From positions 25,668,001-25,732,000 of the forward strand of contig NC_086106.1 of NCBI RefSeq assembly GCF_963921235.1: a DNA stretch of 64,000 nucleotides, in the 5' to 3' direction. Position numbers and translations under genes: made by a program. Position 1 is the first letter of the stretch, and each line of letters starts with the position of its first letter. The notes beneath the pieces are model-generated. The model was not told the origin of the DNA, did not search any database, and saw nothing but the letters and a program-made list of their open reading frames with translations. The DNA comes from Mobula hypostoma. Lineage: Eukaryota. Shown piece after piece: positions 13,481 to 26,700 of the stretch.

Positions 13481-15738
13481 ATGAACCCAGCGGACACCTA
13501 TCCCGTATATCAGGCCCTGGCCAGCCAGAGCTACTTATTGGGTACCAACGAGCATATACTTCGGCAGATCACGGAAAACCTTCGGACGCTATACACGAAT
13601 GTACGGAAGATCAGTGAAAAAGTGGACCTTGTCTCCGCTTCTTCATCTCCGTCCCCTCCGAGAACACCGGCTACCAAAAACGCACCGCTCTGCATGGCTC
13701 CGCTCCTGGCATGAGCAACACCACCCCATCGAGAGCCGTATGTACCCAAGCCTGAACCCTACGCTGAGGATCTAGGTAGGTAGCGGGCCTTCCTGTTACA
13801 ATGCTCCCTAGTCCTTGAGCTGCAGCCACGTACCTACACTTCTGATAAATCAAAGATTGCGTACATCATGGGGCTGCTACGAGGGGATGCCTTGAATTGG
13901 GCAACCGCGATATGGGATAACTGACTACTCCTCATACCCCTCCTTTGTCGCTGAAATGAGGAAAGTCTTTGAACAATCCATTCGCGGTGAGGACGCCGCG
14001 AAACGGTTGCTTACTCTACATCACGCTTCGCGAAGTGTGGTCAGGTATTCCACTAAGTTCCGGACCTTAGCCGCAGACTCCGAGTGGAATGACGAGGCCC
14101 TACGAGAGGTGTTTCGACAGAGCCTGTCGGACAAGATCAAGGATGAGTTGGCCGCGAAGGACGACACGGAATGTCTTGACTCTCTGATCTCGCTAACCAT
14201 TAGATTACATTATCGACTTCCGGAGCGTCAGAGAGAGAGAACCTTTCGCCCCGCTCCTCGGGGAAGCCCACAGTCCACCTTACAAGTCTCAGCCAGCCCC
14301 CTCTTCCCCAGCCGCTCGCAGTGTGGCTACTGCTTCGACCGTCCCACCCCCCTGGAGAAGGAACCGATGCAGCTTGGACGGACCCGTCTCTCCCCGGCCG
14401 AACGAATTTGGAGGTGGATAGCTCGGGATTGCTACTATTGTGGCCAGCCAGAACATTTCCGGGATACCTGCCCACAGCGGCCAAAAGGGAGGGGTCACCG
14501 CTGATAAAGAGAGCTCTGGTGAGCCGAATGATACTCACTTCAGCACCCCAGACTGGGATGCAGATCCCGGCAACCGTGAATTACCAACAACAGTCCCTGT
14601 CCCTATCCGCTTTGGTAGATTCCGGTGCTGACGGTAATCTGATGAACGATGAGATAGCCACCCAGGAAGGGTACGTCGCGTGCCGCTAAACAGCCCCCGG
14701 AACCAGGGGCCGTATACGGAAAACTGCTGGTTCTGGTGATCCATTGTACGCCGCCCCTGACCTTGATGCTATACGGCAGCCATCGGGAGGAGGTACGAGT
14801 CAGTCTCATTCATTCAGCTCAAGCCCCGGTAGTTCTAGGGTCTCCATGGCTGACCGAACCCAATCCCCATATCGGCTGGTCTACCGGGAGGATAGCCGAA
14901 TGGAGCCCGGCTTGCCATGCCAACAGTCTGCGGTCAGCCCCATCTCCGAGAGAGCTACCGCGACCCCGCCTGTTTTCCAACCCCTCGATTTGTCCCGCAT
15001 TCCACAGAGAACCATGACTTGGGACAGGTAATCAGTAAACAACGGACCCTTTCCCTGCCTCCGCACCGCCCATTTGATGGTGCCATCGATCTTCTCCCTG
15101 GGGCCCCGTTACTCACCTTTTTAACCTATCCCGACCGGAGAGAGAGGCAATGGAAAAATACATTAGCGAGGTTCGCGGCGGGCACTACTAGATGTGCGCT
15201 GTCGGGGCAAGGGGTCTCCAATACCTGGTGGACTGGGAAGGGTACCGTCCAGTAGAGCGTTCCTGGGGACCGTCTCCTTCATCCTAGACCCTTCTTTCAT
15301 CCAGGACTTTCATCGGGACCATCCAGACAGGCCTGGAGGAACGCCTAGAGGTTCCTGTTGAAGGGGGGTGGTGTGCTTGGATGGTCCCTTCTAGCAATTC
15401 CCCACCTAGCAATTTATCCCAGCAATTGGGCATCAATCACCTCATTTCATTTCCAATCATTCCCAGGTTCCACTGACTACACACACCTGCTTCCCATCAG
15501 AAACTGCAGGATCAAGACCCTGTGATCGCAACAAGAAGCTGCCGGTTCGTTGGTTGACTGAAGTAGGACGACCAGTTCTCGGTCTAGCATCGTTCCTCAA
15601 TTCTCTACTAAAACCAAGACTCCATGTAAAGACTCTTTTGGACACCAATTCAACGCTCGCTACGACCATAACGTCTCCCGACTAGGCCTCCGCGCCTGTG
15701 TTCAGCACTTGGGTTCATTCCACCGCCACGTCCAAGGT
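13481..15738 (+). mobile_element. Internal region (gag, protease, chromodomain remnant) plus 3' LTR of a Sushi-like chromovirus, decayed
   Basis: Retrotrans_gag-like FRTLAADSEWNDEAL, CYYCGQPEHFRDTCP knuckle, LVDSGADGNL protease, [18 protein letters not shown] chromodomain, PPT GAAGGGGGG at ~15360, LTR 15372-15738. Confidence 0.85.
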
Positions 15739-15935
15739 ATGTTATTTAGTTGTTGTAAGTTGTTCTAAGAATAAGCTAGCGTTAATTGTGGGTTGACAGG
15801 TCTTGCTATATCGGCTCGGGTTGAAGCATCTTAAAGCCATACTCCACGTTGCACCACGAAGAAAATCAGTACATAATACCTAAATACCACAAAAATGGAA
15901 TTCAAAGTTCCCATTCGGCTACACCTTCAAACCAG

Positions 15936-16566
15936 TGTAAGGGGTTTCTTCATTTATGTTACTGGGAAGGCTCATAAAATGGCTTCTTTGATACGTTAGA
16001 ATATAAATGGCTTTTCCCTAATCATAACTGTGATGTAAGGAGTCGTTTCTCTCTCTGATTGTTTGAGTCATATTATAAGAGGACCAACGAAACACTGAGT
16101 GTCCTTGTTATTCTTTTTCTGGGTGACATTCTGTCTCTTATGGCTGGGAACGGTGTGGTTTGGCGGGCTTTCGGGAGGAGACCCGAAGAGGAACGACGTG
16201 CTGGATGCTCTCTGGTCGACCACCGAGGTTGGTCCCGAGCGGCGAGTTGAGGGGTTCGGAGGAGATCGCGTGGCGGAAATAGAACCCCGTTAATTGAGCT
16301 CCAACGGTTGTGCACGAAGTGGTTGAACTCTGGTAAGTCTGGTGCCTTTTACTTTCCCTTTTATATTGCATCTCTGTTTAGTACATAGTTCCAGTAAGAT
16401 TTATGAAGTGTAATCTGTAAATCGTACGTTGTGTGCTGGCTGATAGTTGATGTCTGAGTTTGTACCAGGTGGCATTACACAGCTACGACGCAACCGTGAG
16501 ACACGGTTTGGCAGGCGAACGGGGATTCCCCAGAATAAGCACGAGCTGATAGACCTGAGCGTTACA
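15936..16566. mobile_element. Solo LTR (third LTR family)
   Basis: TGTAAG...GTTACA termini; homologous to 44377-45388 and 52979-53604; a truncated copy starts at ~13326. Confidence 0.7.
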
Positions 16567-16760
16567 CCAAAAACAGTTTTTAAGTCTTGAGAACATTGTG
16601 CCACTGAGTATTTCACGTTGATGTCGAGTATGTGACAGTCAGTGATTGTTGGGTACCTCGCCCTTCCAGTTTTGCAGCAAATGGCAGACTCTGATGAGCG
16701 CCGAAAACATCCGTCCCATATGCTCTTTGTCCAGGCCAACTGTCTCACTGCACCACTGTG

Positions 16761-17205
16761 GGCTGCATCGCACAAAGAGGAACCCCACAGTCAGACACAA
16801 AAGCTCCAGAGATATTCAAATGAGCTGTCTTGTTGCCTTGCCACAAATCAGCGACAAAACCGACCGAACATTCTGGAGGCTAGTACAGATCTCCTGAGCT
16901 ATATAATTTTAAACAAGTATTTTGGATCTTCCACACTATGCTGAAAGTATCAGAAAATTGTAAACAACAGGAATTCTGCAGATGCTGGAAATTCAAGCAA
17001 CACACATCAAAGTTGCTGGTGAACGCAGCAGGCCAAGCAGCATCTATAGGAAGAGGCGCAGTCGACGTTTCAGGCCGAGACCTTCGTCAGAAAATTGTAA
17101 AGTCGCTGTTAGAAGTACAGTTCAGTGTTATGGCTAATGCTTCGAGCATTAATTCAGAAGGGTCGTTTCTTTAAGAGAAAAACATGCGTAATCATCCCTG
17201 TCTTA
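16761..17205 (-). pseudogene. TCR V pseudogene interrupted by a short Penelope-like insertion
   Basis: DPSELMLEALAITLNCTSNSDFTIF*YFQHSVEDPKYL...GNKTAHLNISGAFVSDCGVPLCAMQ; perfect heptamer CACAGTG/23/ACAAAGAGC at 16722-16760. Confidence 0.82.
16965..17087 (-). mobile_element. Short Penelope-like terminal fragment with 14-bp TSD
   Basis: cagaaaattgtaaa duplicated at 16951-16964 and 17088-17101; sequence matches the end of the PLE at ~63190-63280. Confidence 0.75.
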
Positions 17206-18250
17206 CAATAGAAAGACGGTGTATGATTGTCAATCACAGAGGCTCACCGTTCATCACAGCCAATATAATGAGTAAAGAACGGAGGGGACGCATAGTGCTG
17301 GCACAGTCGATCGATCAGCAGCGAAATGTTAGAGTGAGAATCGATCAGTGGTATCCTTCTCTGTGGATAAGACCTGGGGTGTTTCCCTGCTAGACTATTG
17401 GATGATACAGCGGAATGGGGCAATTTAGGCAGAAATCGGCATCAGCCTTCGGTCTTTTCCCCCTTGATAATTTTACCGCTCCACAAGTCATTGAAGTCAT
17501 CAGAGAATTTGACAACTCTCGCTGCCCGAACCTCTCTATACAACCTATATGTCCTTCTTTCTGCAGTTCTCTCAAAAACTGTTCGTGTTTTTTCCACTCA
17601 TGCTCACTGATCAGTTGCGTTCGTTGCGTCATCGAGACATTGAGTCTCCAATTAGTAAAGGGTCTGATTCAGATTCGCTCCCTAAAATTTTCTCCTATTT
17701 ATTCGGCACGAACTTTCACTCAATATGTTCTTCCTTCTCCCTCTTCGTCTCCCTCATCTACCCTCCAACCTGACTCTCGTCATCTTCTCCGGATCCATTT
17801 CTTGGTCGTTCAGTGCCTGATCTCTCTGCCTCTCTGCTTTCTGCCTCAGCTCGCTGTTTATCCATTCCATCCCTTTTCGTCTTTGTGAACTAGGACAAAG
17901 ACAGTTGTCGTGACCAAATTGAGTGGATACCCCTCTTTGTGCGATTTACCGATATGTCCAAAGGTATTTTGTGTTCTATATTTCATTCGAGAGCGATTGT
18001 TGGAAGAAGAGCCAATTACTGCCTCTGGAGGTCTGGTGCATGAGTGACGTGGCCAAGTGATGAAGATGGTCTAAAGTTCCATTGCCTCTCCACGCATACT
18101 TTTTTTCTGAATCCAAAGAAAGGAAATTTATACCTGAAATATTAGTCAGTGTTGAGAAAAGGTGAAATAGGGCCAGATGACTAGACATACTCAACTCGTC
18201 TAAAAAGGTCTGAGGAGACAGAAAGTTCAGGCTTTTCATCAGCACCATCA

Positions 18251-20770
18251 GATCATAAGACCATAAGACAAAGGAGCAGAGGTCGGTCAGTCGGCCCATC
18301 GAGTCTGCTTCGCCACTTTATCATGTGCTGATCCATTCTCCCATTTAGTCCCAGTGCCCCGCCTTCTCACCATAACCTTTGATGCCCTGGCTACTCAGAT
18401 GCCTATCAATTTCTGCCTTAAATACACCCAATGACTTGACCTCCACTGCCGCCCGTTGTAACGAATTCCACTGATTCACCACCCTCTGGCTAAAATAAAA
18501 TATTTGCATCTCTGTTCTGGATGGGCGCCCTCCAATCCTTAAGTCATGCCCTCTCGTACTAGACTCCCAAACCAAGGGAAACAACTTTGCCATATCCAAT
18601 CTGTCCATGCCTTTCAACATTAGAAATGTTTCTATGAGGTCCCCCCTCATTCTTCTAAACTCCAAGGGGTACAGTCCAAAAGCGGTCAAATGTTCCTCAC
18701 ATGTTAACCCTCTCATTCCCAGAATCATTCTAGTGAATCTTCTCTGAACCCTCTCCTACCTCAGCATATCCTTTCTTAAATAAGGAGCCCAAAACTGCAC
18801 ACAGTACTCCAAATGAGATCACGCTAGTGCCTTATAGGGCCTCAACATTGCATCCCTGCACCTATGCTCTATTCCTCTAGAAATGAATGCCAATATTGCA
18901 TTCGTCGTCTTCACCAACGACTCAACCTGGAGGTGAACATTAAGGGTATCCTGCACGAGGACTCCCAAGTCCCAGTGCATCTCAGAACATTGAATTTTCT
19001 CCCCATTTAAATAATAGTCTGCCCGTTTATTTCCTCTACTAATGTGCATGACCATACACTTTCCAACATTGTATTTCAGTTTCCATTTCTTTGCCTATTC
19101 TCCCAGTCTGTCCAAGTCTCTCTGCAGACTCTGTGATTCCTCAGCACTACCGGCCCCTCCACCTATGTTAGTATCATAAACAAACTTAGCCACAAAGCCA
19201 TCTATTCCATAATCCAAACCGGTGATGTAGAACGTGAAAAGAAGCGGTCCCAACAGAGACCCTTGTGGAACACCACTGGTATTCGGCAGTCAACCATGAA
19301 TGGGATGCCTTTATTCCCACTCTTTCTTTCCTGCCAATCAGCAACGATTTATCCACGTATGTAACGTTCCCGTAATTTCATGGGCTCTTATCTTGATTAG
19401 CAGCCACATGTGTGGCACGTTGTTAAAGGACTTCTGAAAATCCAAATACACAACATCCACTACATCTCCCTTGTCTGGCCTACTTGTAATTTCCTCAAAA
19501 AATTGCAATAGGTTTGTCAGGCAGGATTCTCCTTTAAGGAAACCATGCTGAGTTCTACCTTTCTTGTCATATGCCTCCAGGTACTCCGTAACCTTATCCT
19601 TGACAATTGACTCCAATAACTTCCCAACCACGGATGTCAATCTAACAGGTCAATAATTTCCTTTCTCTTCCTTGCCCCCTTCTTAAATAGCGGAGTGACA
19701 TTTGCAATCTTCCAGTCCTCCGGAACCATGGCAGAATCCACTGAGTTTTGAAAGGTCATTACTAATGCCTCCGCAATCACCAGAGCTACTTCCTTCACAA
19801 CACGAGGGTGCATTCCATCTAGTCCGGGAGATTTATCTACCCTGAGGCTATTCAGCTTCCTGAGTACTTTCTCCGTCGTAATTGTCACTACGCACACTTC
19901 TCTTCTCTGACACCATAGAGTGTCCGGTATACTGCTGATGTCTTCCTCAGTGAAGACTGATGCACAATACTCGTTCAGTTCCTCCACCTTCTCCTTATCT
20001 CCCATTACAATTTCTCCAGCATCATTTTCTATCGGTCCTATATGCACTCTCACCTGTCTTTTACTCTTTATATACTTGAAAACGCGTTTAGTATCCTCTT
20101 TGATATTATTTGCTAGCTTCCTTTCATAGTTCATCTTTCCCCTCTTAATGACCTTCTCAGTTTCCTTTTGTAAGCTTTTAAAAACTTCCCCATCCTCTAT
20201 CTTCCAAGAAGCTTTTGCTTCCTTGTGTGCCCTCTCCTTTTCTTTTACTTTGGCTTTGACCTCTCTTGTTAGCCACTATTGCATCTTTTTCCCAATAGAA
20301 AATGTCTCCTTTTTTGGAATATATAGATCCTGCACCTTCCACACTTCTCGCATAAACTCCAGCCACTGCTTCCCGCTAGTGTCCCTTTCCAGTCAACGTT
20401 GGCCAGTTCTTCTCTCATGCCACTGTATATTCCTTTACTCCAGTGAAATACTGATACATCTAATTTCGGCTTCCCTTTCTTAAATTTCACAGTGAACTCC
20501 ATCATGTTCTGGTCACTGACTCCGAAGGGTTTCTTCACATAACTCTCTCTAATCATCTCTGGTTCATTACACAACACCTAATCCATTACAGCCAATCCTC
20601 TAGAGGGCTCAACAGCAAACTGTTCTAAAGAGCCTTCTCGTAGAAATTCTACAAATCCTCACTTAATAGACAATAGACAATCTCTCTTAAGATCCAGTGC
20701 CGAGCTGATTTTCCCAGTCCACTCGCATGTTAAAATCCCCCACAATTATCATAACACTGCCCTTCTGACA
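18251..20770 (-). mobile_element. Decayed CR1 LINE
   Basis: RT fragments and cataagac-type tail; same subfamily as 2592-4945 and 60721-62150. Confidence 0.88.
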
Positions 20771-20836
20771 ATCTTTTTTTTTCTATTTCCTGTTGCGCGC
20801 CCTCCTGATTGGCCGCAAAAAGGCGCCCTCCAGTGA

Positions 20837-21210
20837 AGTCGAAAAGTTGAAGTGCCGAAAGTTCTTTTTTTCACTCTTTCCCACTCACAATAACTTATTG
20901 CCTGTTCTCCATCTTCCTCTGTTGCTCCCCTCCCACTTTCTTTCTTTCAAGGCCTTCTGTCCCATGATAGTCCCCCTTCTCCAACCTTGTATATTTTTGC
21001 CATTCAATTTCCCAGCTCTTGGCTTCATTCCTCCACCTCCTGTCTTCTCCTATCATTCCAGGTCTCCCCCTCCCAATTTCAAATCTGTTACTATCTCTTT
21101 TTTGTCCGATAGTCCTGACCAAAGGTCTCGAACCGAGACGTTGACTGTACTTCTTCCAATGGATGCTCCCTGGCCTACTGAGTTCCACCAGCAATTTGTG
21201 TGTTGGTCTC
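20837..21210 (+). mobile_element. Penelope-like 3' fragment inserted between the A1 RSS and its CTCF-like motif
   Basis: Matches 62880-63280; agtga repeated at both edges. Confidence 0.65.
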
Positions 21211-21239
21211 AAGTGAGAGCATTTGTATCACACATGGCC

Positions 21240-21278
21240 AGTTTTTGTCAGGACCCGCCGTCTCCATACAACAATGTG
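21240..21278 (-). other. 23-RSS of V A1
   Basis: CACATTG, 23-nt spacer TTGTATGGAGACGGCGGGTCCTG, ACAAAAACT. Confidence 0.9.
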
Positions 21279-21708
21279 GTATCATTAGACAGAGATACAT
21301 GCCAGAGTCCGACACAAGAGCCTGAAGGATATCCAGTTGTGCCGTCTTGCTGCTTTTCTGCAAACTACCGGTAAATCTCAAAAGGCAATCTGGAGCCGCT
21401 GTATTCCACCTGTGCTATATACCTTCAGCAGTTAATCCGGAGGCTCTCCACTATGTTGATTGTACCAAATGATATCAGCACCAGCATAGGTGTATTTGCA
21501 CTTCAGTGTTATGGTCTGTCTTTCCTCTGCTGTTATGTCGGGAAGATCCTGCGTCACTGAATCTTTCCCACTCGTTCCTGCAAAAGAAGGACAGAATACG
21601 TCAACATCGTGGTTTGTATTCAACGCAGGGGAAATTCTCCATCCACTTTTGCAGAGACTCACTGGGCAGCACAGCCAATGCAATCAGCAATGAACAGAGG
21701 GAAATCAT
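21279..21708 (-). pseudogene. TCR V pseudogene, family A (A1): leader 21663-21708, V exon 21279-21577
   Basis: Leader MISLCSLLIALAVLP, then KDSVTQDLPDITAEERQTITLKCKYTYAGADIIWYNQHSGEPPD*. In-frame TAA plus a later -1 frameshift; ends YLCLMI at an intact RSS. Confidence 0.9.
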
Positions 21709-21849
21709 GGTTCTTAATTTGTGGATGGATGGAACTGCTGATTTTTTTTCCACAGAAGCTAATTATCATTTAACGGATATTGTGGCGTGAAATCATTTCA
21801 CGGATATCTTTCACTTCGTGTAAGAGCTGGGAGTGCGGGGTTATCAGTT

Positions 21850-21900
21850 AAAAGATTCGTTGACACAAAGAACTGCGCCTTTCTGAGCACCAATCAGAAA
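21850..21900 (-). promoter_or_regulatory. Conserved V promoter block with CCAAT element, ~180 bp upstream of the A1 ATG
   Basis: tgacacaaagaac...ctgagcaccaatcagaa recurs upstream of V leaders at 7436, 38135, 41728, 49894 and 55826. Confidence 0.55.
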
Positions 21901-22509
21901 CTGCTTTGTTTCCATTCACCATTCTGCCTGCTTTTCCGCTCCTTCAGTGCTCCGCGTTCCTCCCCCCCCCTCTCTCTCTCTCTCTGTCTTTCTCACTGTG
22001 CCCTACTGCCTCTGTTCCCATGTACTCTGCGTAATCACTGCACGTTCACATACTTATCAACATGTAACCTAACACAATTAAGACTTTTTCCACATGGTCG
22101 CTTTTACAAAATCGGCAGTATTCCACGGGAAGTAGTTTGTTTGTTTATTTATTTATTTATTTGTATACTTAATTGATCGGAGCTATATCCCACAATAGAA
22201 ATTTAAGTCAATGTTTATCAATATTTCGCCAATAAATGACAGCAAGAATTCATCTAGTTATTGCCTTTTTTTTTTGCTGTTGGGAAGCCAATCTTCTATC
22301 CAGGCCTATGTACTCCTGACAGTACATTCTGTGTAGCCAGTATTCCCTTCATTAAAAGGAAAAACAACTCACATCGGTATTCTCCTTGTTACTTGTAATT
22401 TCATCAAAATATCGTACTCTCGCATTGGCCAATTCCACCCTTAGGTCAACGCGTTGCTTGTCCACTCTATCTATGCCTCGACATAGTATAGACAGCTATT
22501 AAGTAACCC

Positions 22510-22790
22510 CTCATCTTCCTTCGTTCGAAAAACAATGTCCCTTGTTTGCGGAAACTGAAATGACCAGTGGAATATATAGACACGCGGATGTGGAACTCAA
22601 GTTCAGCAGTATGATTCGGCTTCATTTAATCGTCGAGGCACAGAGCTCGATCTTTCCCACACCATTCTACAAATGAAGGACAAAATGACTGAACATCAAG
22701 TGCTCTCATTGCACCTGCGAGACACCCACTGACTATCGGCGTAAAGATTCGCCGAGCATCATAGACCACATAGTCAGTAAGGAGCATAGT
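22510..22790 (-). pseudogene. Truncated V relic, family D (copy 1): leader donor, intron and FR1, cut by an old CR1 fragment
   Basis: gatctttcccacaccattctacaaatgaaggacaaaat resembles the family A exon start/intron (aatctttcccactcgctcctgcaataaaggacagaat); downstream it reads into the CR1 RT C-terminal motif RRKMRGYLIAVY. Confidence 0.5.
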
Positions 22791-23740
22791 AGCACATGGT
22801 GTCTGCGTTCACGCGCGAACTAGACAGATGACATCCAAGAAGCTAATACAACCGCTTTGCGAGAATGATGTAAGATACGCCACACTCATCACTTTCCTTA
22901 AAACGCACATAAATTGCTCTGCTAAATGGGCGTTAAACCGGGGAAGTCAGAGCCCAGACTTTTGAGCACCGATCTGAATTGAAATACTACACTCTCTGCT
23001 TAGTTGTCATGCACTCTAATTATATTGTATTTGACAATATCACCCCTCTCTTCTTCATTCTACTTTAATTAACACTTCATTTATAGCAAAGCATCTCCAT
23101 CTTTGTTCCCTCTTTCGTTACTTTCCTATATTTCCGTCGTTGTATCTGTCAATTACACTCTGACTGTCTTTGTATTCCAGTTTGCAATTATTGTAAATCA
23201 TCAATGCAGCTTTAAAGTCGTTGTGGGAACGTTCATTAATCCAATGCCAGCTCACTCGGTTTTAATTTTCCATTCGAAAAATAAATATCGATTTATATCC
23301 ACTTTTAGGAAGTTAATGCCAATAGACTTCACCTGAAATTTATCTTCTTCAGAGCATTTAGTGATACACCTTTTTTGTCCGATGCTGTTTAGACAGAGAG
23401 AACCTCAGTATCTCCAATTTGCACTAATCTTCACCATTGAGGGGTGATGAAAAATGAAGTCCAGCAAAATCTTAACCAGAAGGTAATGTTGTCGGCAACA
23501 GAGAGGCATGGACATCGAGATATGGTGGAAATTTATCGGAAAGCTGCCACAGTATCCCGAGATAAGTTAAATTCAAGAAGTGTTCCACAAGTCTGGGAGC
23601 ATTTTGCTGCTGAATGCAACGTTTCAGTCGACCACGTGATCCTCATGCTTTGTGATACTGCTGTACCAGTTTTCCAGCAAAAGGCGCTCTCTAGTGATCA
23701 CGCATCGCTGGATTTTGTCCAGACCCGCTGTTCCCTGCAA

Positions 23741-26700
23741 TAGAAACATAGAAACATAGAAAATAGGTGCAGGAGTAGGCCATTCGGGCCTTCGACCCTG
23801 CACCGCCATTTATTATGATCACGGCTGATCATCCAACTCAGAACCCAGCCTTCCCTCCATACCCCCTGACCCCTGTAGCCACAAGGGCCATATCTAACTT
23901 CCTCTTAAACACAGCCAATGAACCGGCCTCAACAGTTTGCTGTGGCAGAGAATTCCACAGATTCACCACTCTCTGTGTGAAGAAGTTTTTCCTAATCTCG
24001 GTCCTAAAAGGCTTCCCCTCTATCCTCAAACTGTGACCCCTCGTTCTGGACCTCCCCAACATCGGGAACAATCTTCCCGCATCTAGCCTGTCCAATCCCT
24101 TTAGGATCTTATACGTTTCAATCAGATCCCCCCTCAATCTTCTAAATTCCAACGAGTACAAGCCCAGTTCATCCAGTCTTTCTTCATATGAAAGACCTGC
24201 CATCCCAGGAATCAATCTGGTGAACCTTCTTTGTACTCCCTCTATGGCAAAGATGTCTTTCCTCAGATTAGGGGACCAAAACTGCACACAATACTCCAGG
24301 TGTGGTCTCACCAAGGCCTTGTACAACTGCAGTAGTACCTCCCTGCTCCTGTACTCGAATCCTCTCGCTATAAATGCCAGCATACCGTTCGCCTTTTTCA
24401 CCGCCTGCTGTACCTGCATGCCCACTTTCAATGACTGGTGTATAATGACACCCAGGTCTCGTTGCACCTCCCCTTTTCCTAATCGGCCACCATTCAGATA
24501 ATAATCTGTTTTCCTATTTTTGCCACCAAAGTGGATAACTTCACATTTATCCACATTAAATTGCATCTGCCATGAGTTTGCCCACTCACCCAACCTATCC
24601 AAGTCACCCTGCATCCTCTTAGCATCCTCCTCACTGCTAACACTGCCACCCAGCTTCGTGTCATCCGCAAACTTGGAGATGCTGCATTTAATTCCCTCAT
24701 CCAAGTCATTAATATATATTGTAAACAACTGGGGTCCCAGCACTGAGCTTGCGGTACCCCACTAGTCACCGCCTGCCATTCTGAAAAGGTCCCGTTTATT
24801 CCCACTCTTTGCTTCCTGTCTGCTAACCAATTCTCCACCCACACCAATACCTTACCCCCAATACCGTGTGCTTTAAGTTTGCACACTAATCTCCTGTGTG
24901 GGACCTTGTCAAAAGCCTTTTGAAAATCCAAATATACCACATCCACTGGTTCTCCCCTATCCACTCTACTAGTTACATCCTCAAAAAATTCTATGAGATT
25001 CGTCAGACATGATTTTCCTTTCACAAATCCATGCTGACTTTGTCCGATCATTTCACCGCTTTCTAAATGTGCTGTTATCACATCCTTGATAACTGACTCC
25101 AGCAGTTTCCCCACCACCGACGTTAGGCTAACCGGCCTATAATTCCCCGGTTTCTCTCTCCCTCCTTTTTTAAAAAGTGGGGTTACATTAGCCACCCTCC
25201 AATCCTCAGGAACTAGTCCAGAATCTAACGAGTTTTGAAAAATTATCACTAATGCATCCACTATTTCTTGGGCTACTTCCTTAAGCACTCTGGGATGCAG
25301 ACCATCTGGCCCTGGGGATTTATCTGCCTTCCATCCCTTCAATTTACCTAACACCACTTCCCTACTAACATGTATTTCACTCAGTTCCTCCATCTCACTG
25401 GACCCTCTGTCCCTTACTATTTCTGGAAGATTATTTATGTCCTCCTTAGTGAAGACAGAACCAAAGTAATTATTCAATTGGTCTGCCATGTCCTTGCTCC
25501 CCATAATCAATTCACCTGTTTCTGTCTGCAGGGGATCTACATTTGTCTTTATCAGTCTTTTCCTTTTTACATATCTATAAAAGCTTTTACAGTCCGTTTT
25601 TATGTTCTCTGCCAGTTTTCTCTCATAATCTTTTTTCCCCTTCCTAATTAAGCCCTTTGTCCTCCTCTGCTGAACTCTGAATTTCTCCCAGTCCTCAGGT
25701 GAGCCACTTTCTCTGGCTAATTTGTATGCTACTTCTTTGGAATTGATACTATCCCTAATTTCTCTTGTCAGCCACGGGTGCACTACCTTCCTTGATTTAT
25801 TCTTTTGCCAAACTGGGATGAACAATTGTTGTAGTTCATCCATGCAACCTTTAAATGCCTGCCATTGCATATCCACCGTTAATCCTTTAAGTGTCATTTG
25901 CCAGTCTATCTTAGCTAATTCACGACTCATACCTTCAAAGTTACCCCTCTAAGTTCAGAACCTTTGTTTCTGAATTAACTATGTCACTCTCCATCTTAAT
26001 GAAGAATTCCACCATATTATGGTCACTCTTACCCAAGGGGCCTCTCACGACAAGATCGCTAATTAACCCTTCCTCATTGCTCAAAACCCAGTCCAGAATA
26101 GCCTGCTCTCTAGTCGGTTCCTCGACATGTTGGTTCAAAAAACCATCCCGCATACATTCCAAGAAATCCTCTTCCTCAGCACCTTTACCAATTTGGTTCA
26201 CCAGTCTACATGTAGATTGAAGTCACCCATTATAACTGCTGTTCCTTTATTGCACACATTTCTAATTTCCTGTTTAATACCATCTCCGACCTCACTACTA
26301 CTGTTAGGTGGCCTGTACACAACTCCCACCAGCGTCTTCTGCTCCTTAGTGTTACGCAGCTCTACCCATATCGATTCCACATCTTCCCGGCTTATGTCCT
26401 TCCTTTCTATTGCGTTAATCTCTTTTTTAACCAGCAACGCCACCCCACCTCCCCTTCCTTCATGTCTATCCCTCCTGAATATTGAATATCCCTGAATGTT
26501 GAGCTCCCATCCCTGGTCACCCTGGAGCCATGTCTCTGTGTTCCCAACTATATCATAATCATTAATAACAATCTGCACTTTCAATTCATCCACCTTATTA
26601 CGAATGCTCCTTGCATTGACACATAAAGCCTTCAGGCGCTCTTTTACAACTCTCTTAGCCCTTTTTAATGCTTGCCCTGGATTTGTCGGCCTGCCACTTT

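Noticed and set aside
13481-14504. PEG10/RTL1-like domesticated gag gene
   Set aside because: Interrupted by stops and frameshifts and flanked by LTR and chromodomain remnants.
23444-23743. Recurrent plus-strand ORFs in cassette flanks (e.g. MMKNEVQQ..., 39573-39803) as a novel gene family
   Set aside because: Frames are not conserved among paralogs; they are chance ORFs in non-coding V 3' flanks.
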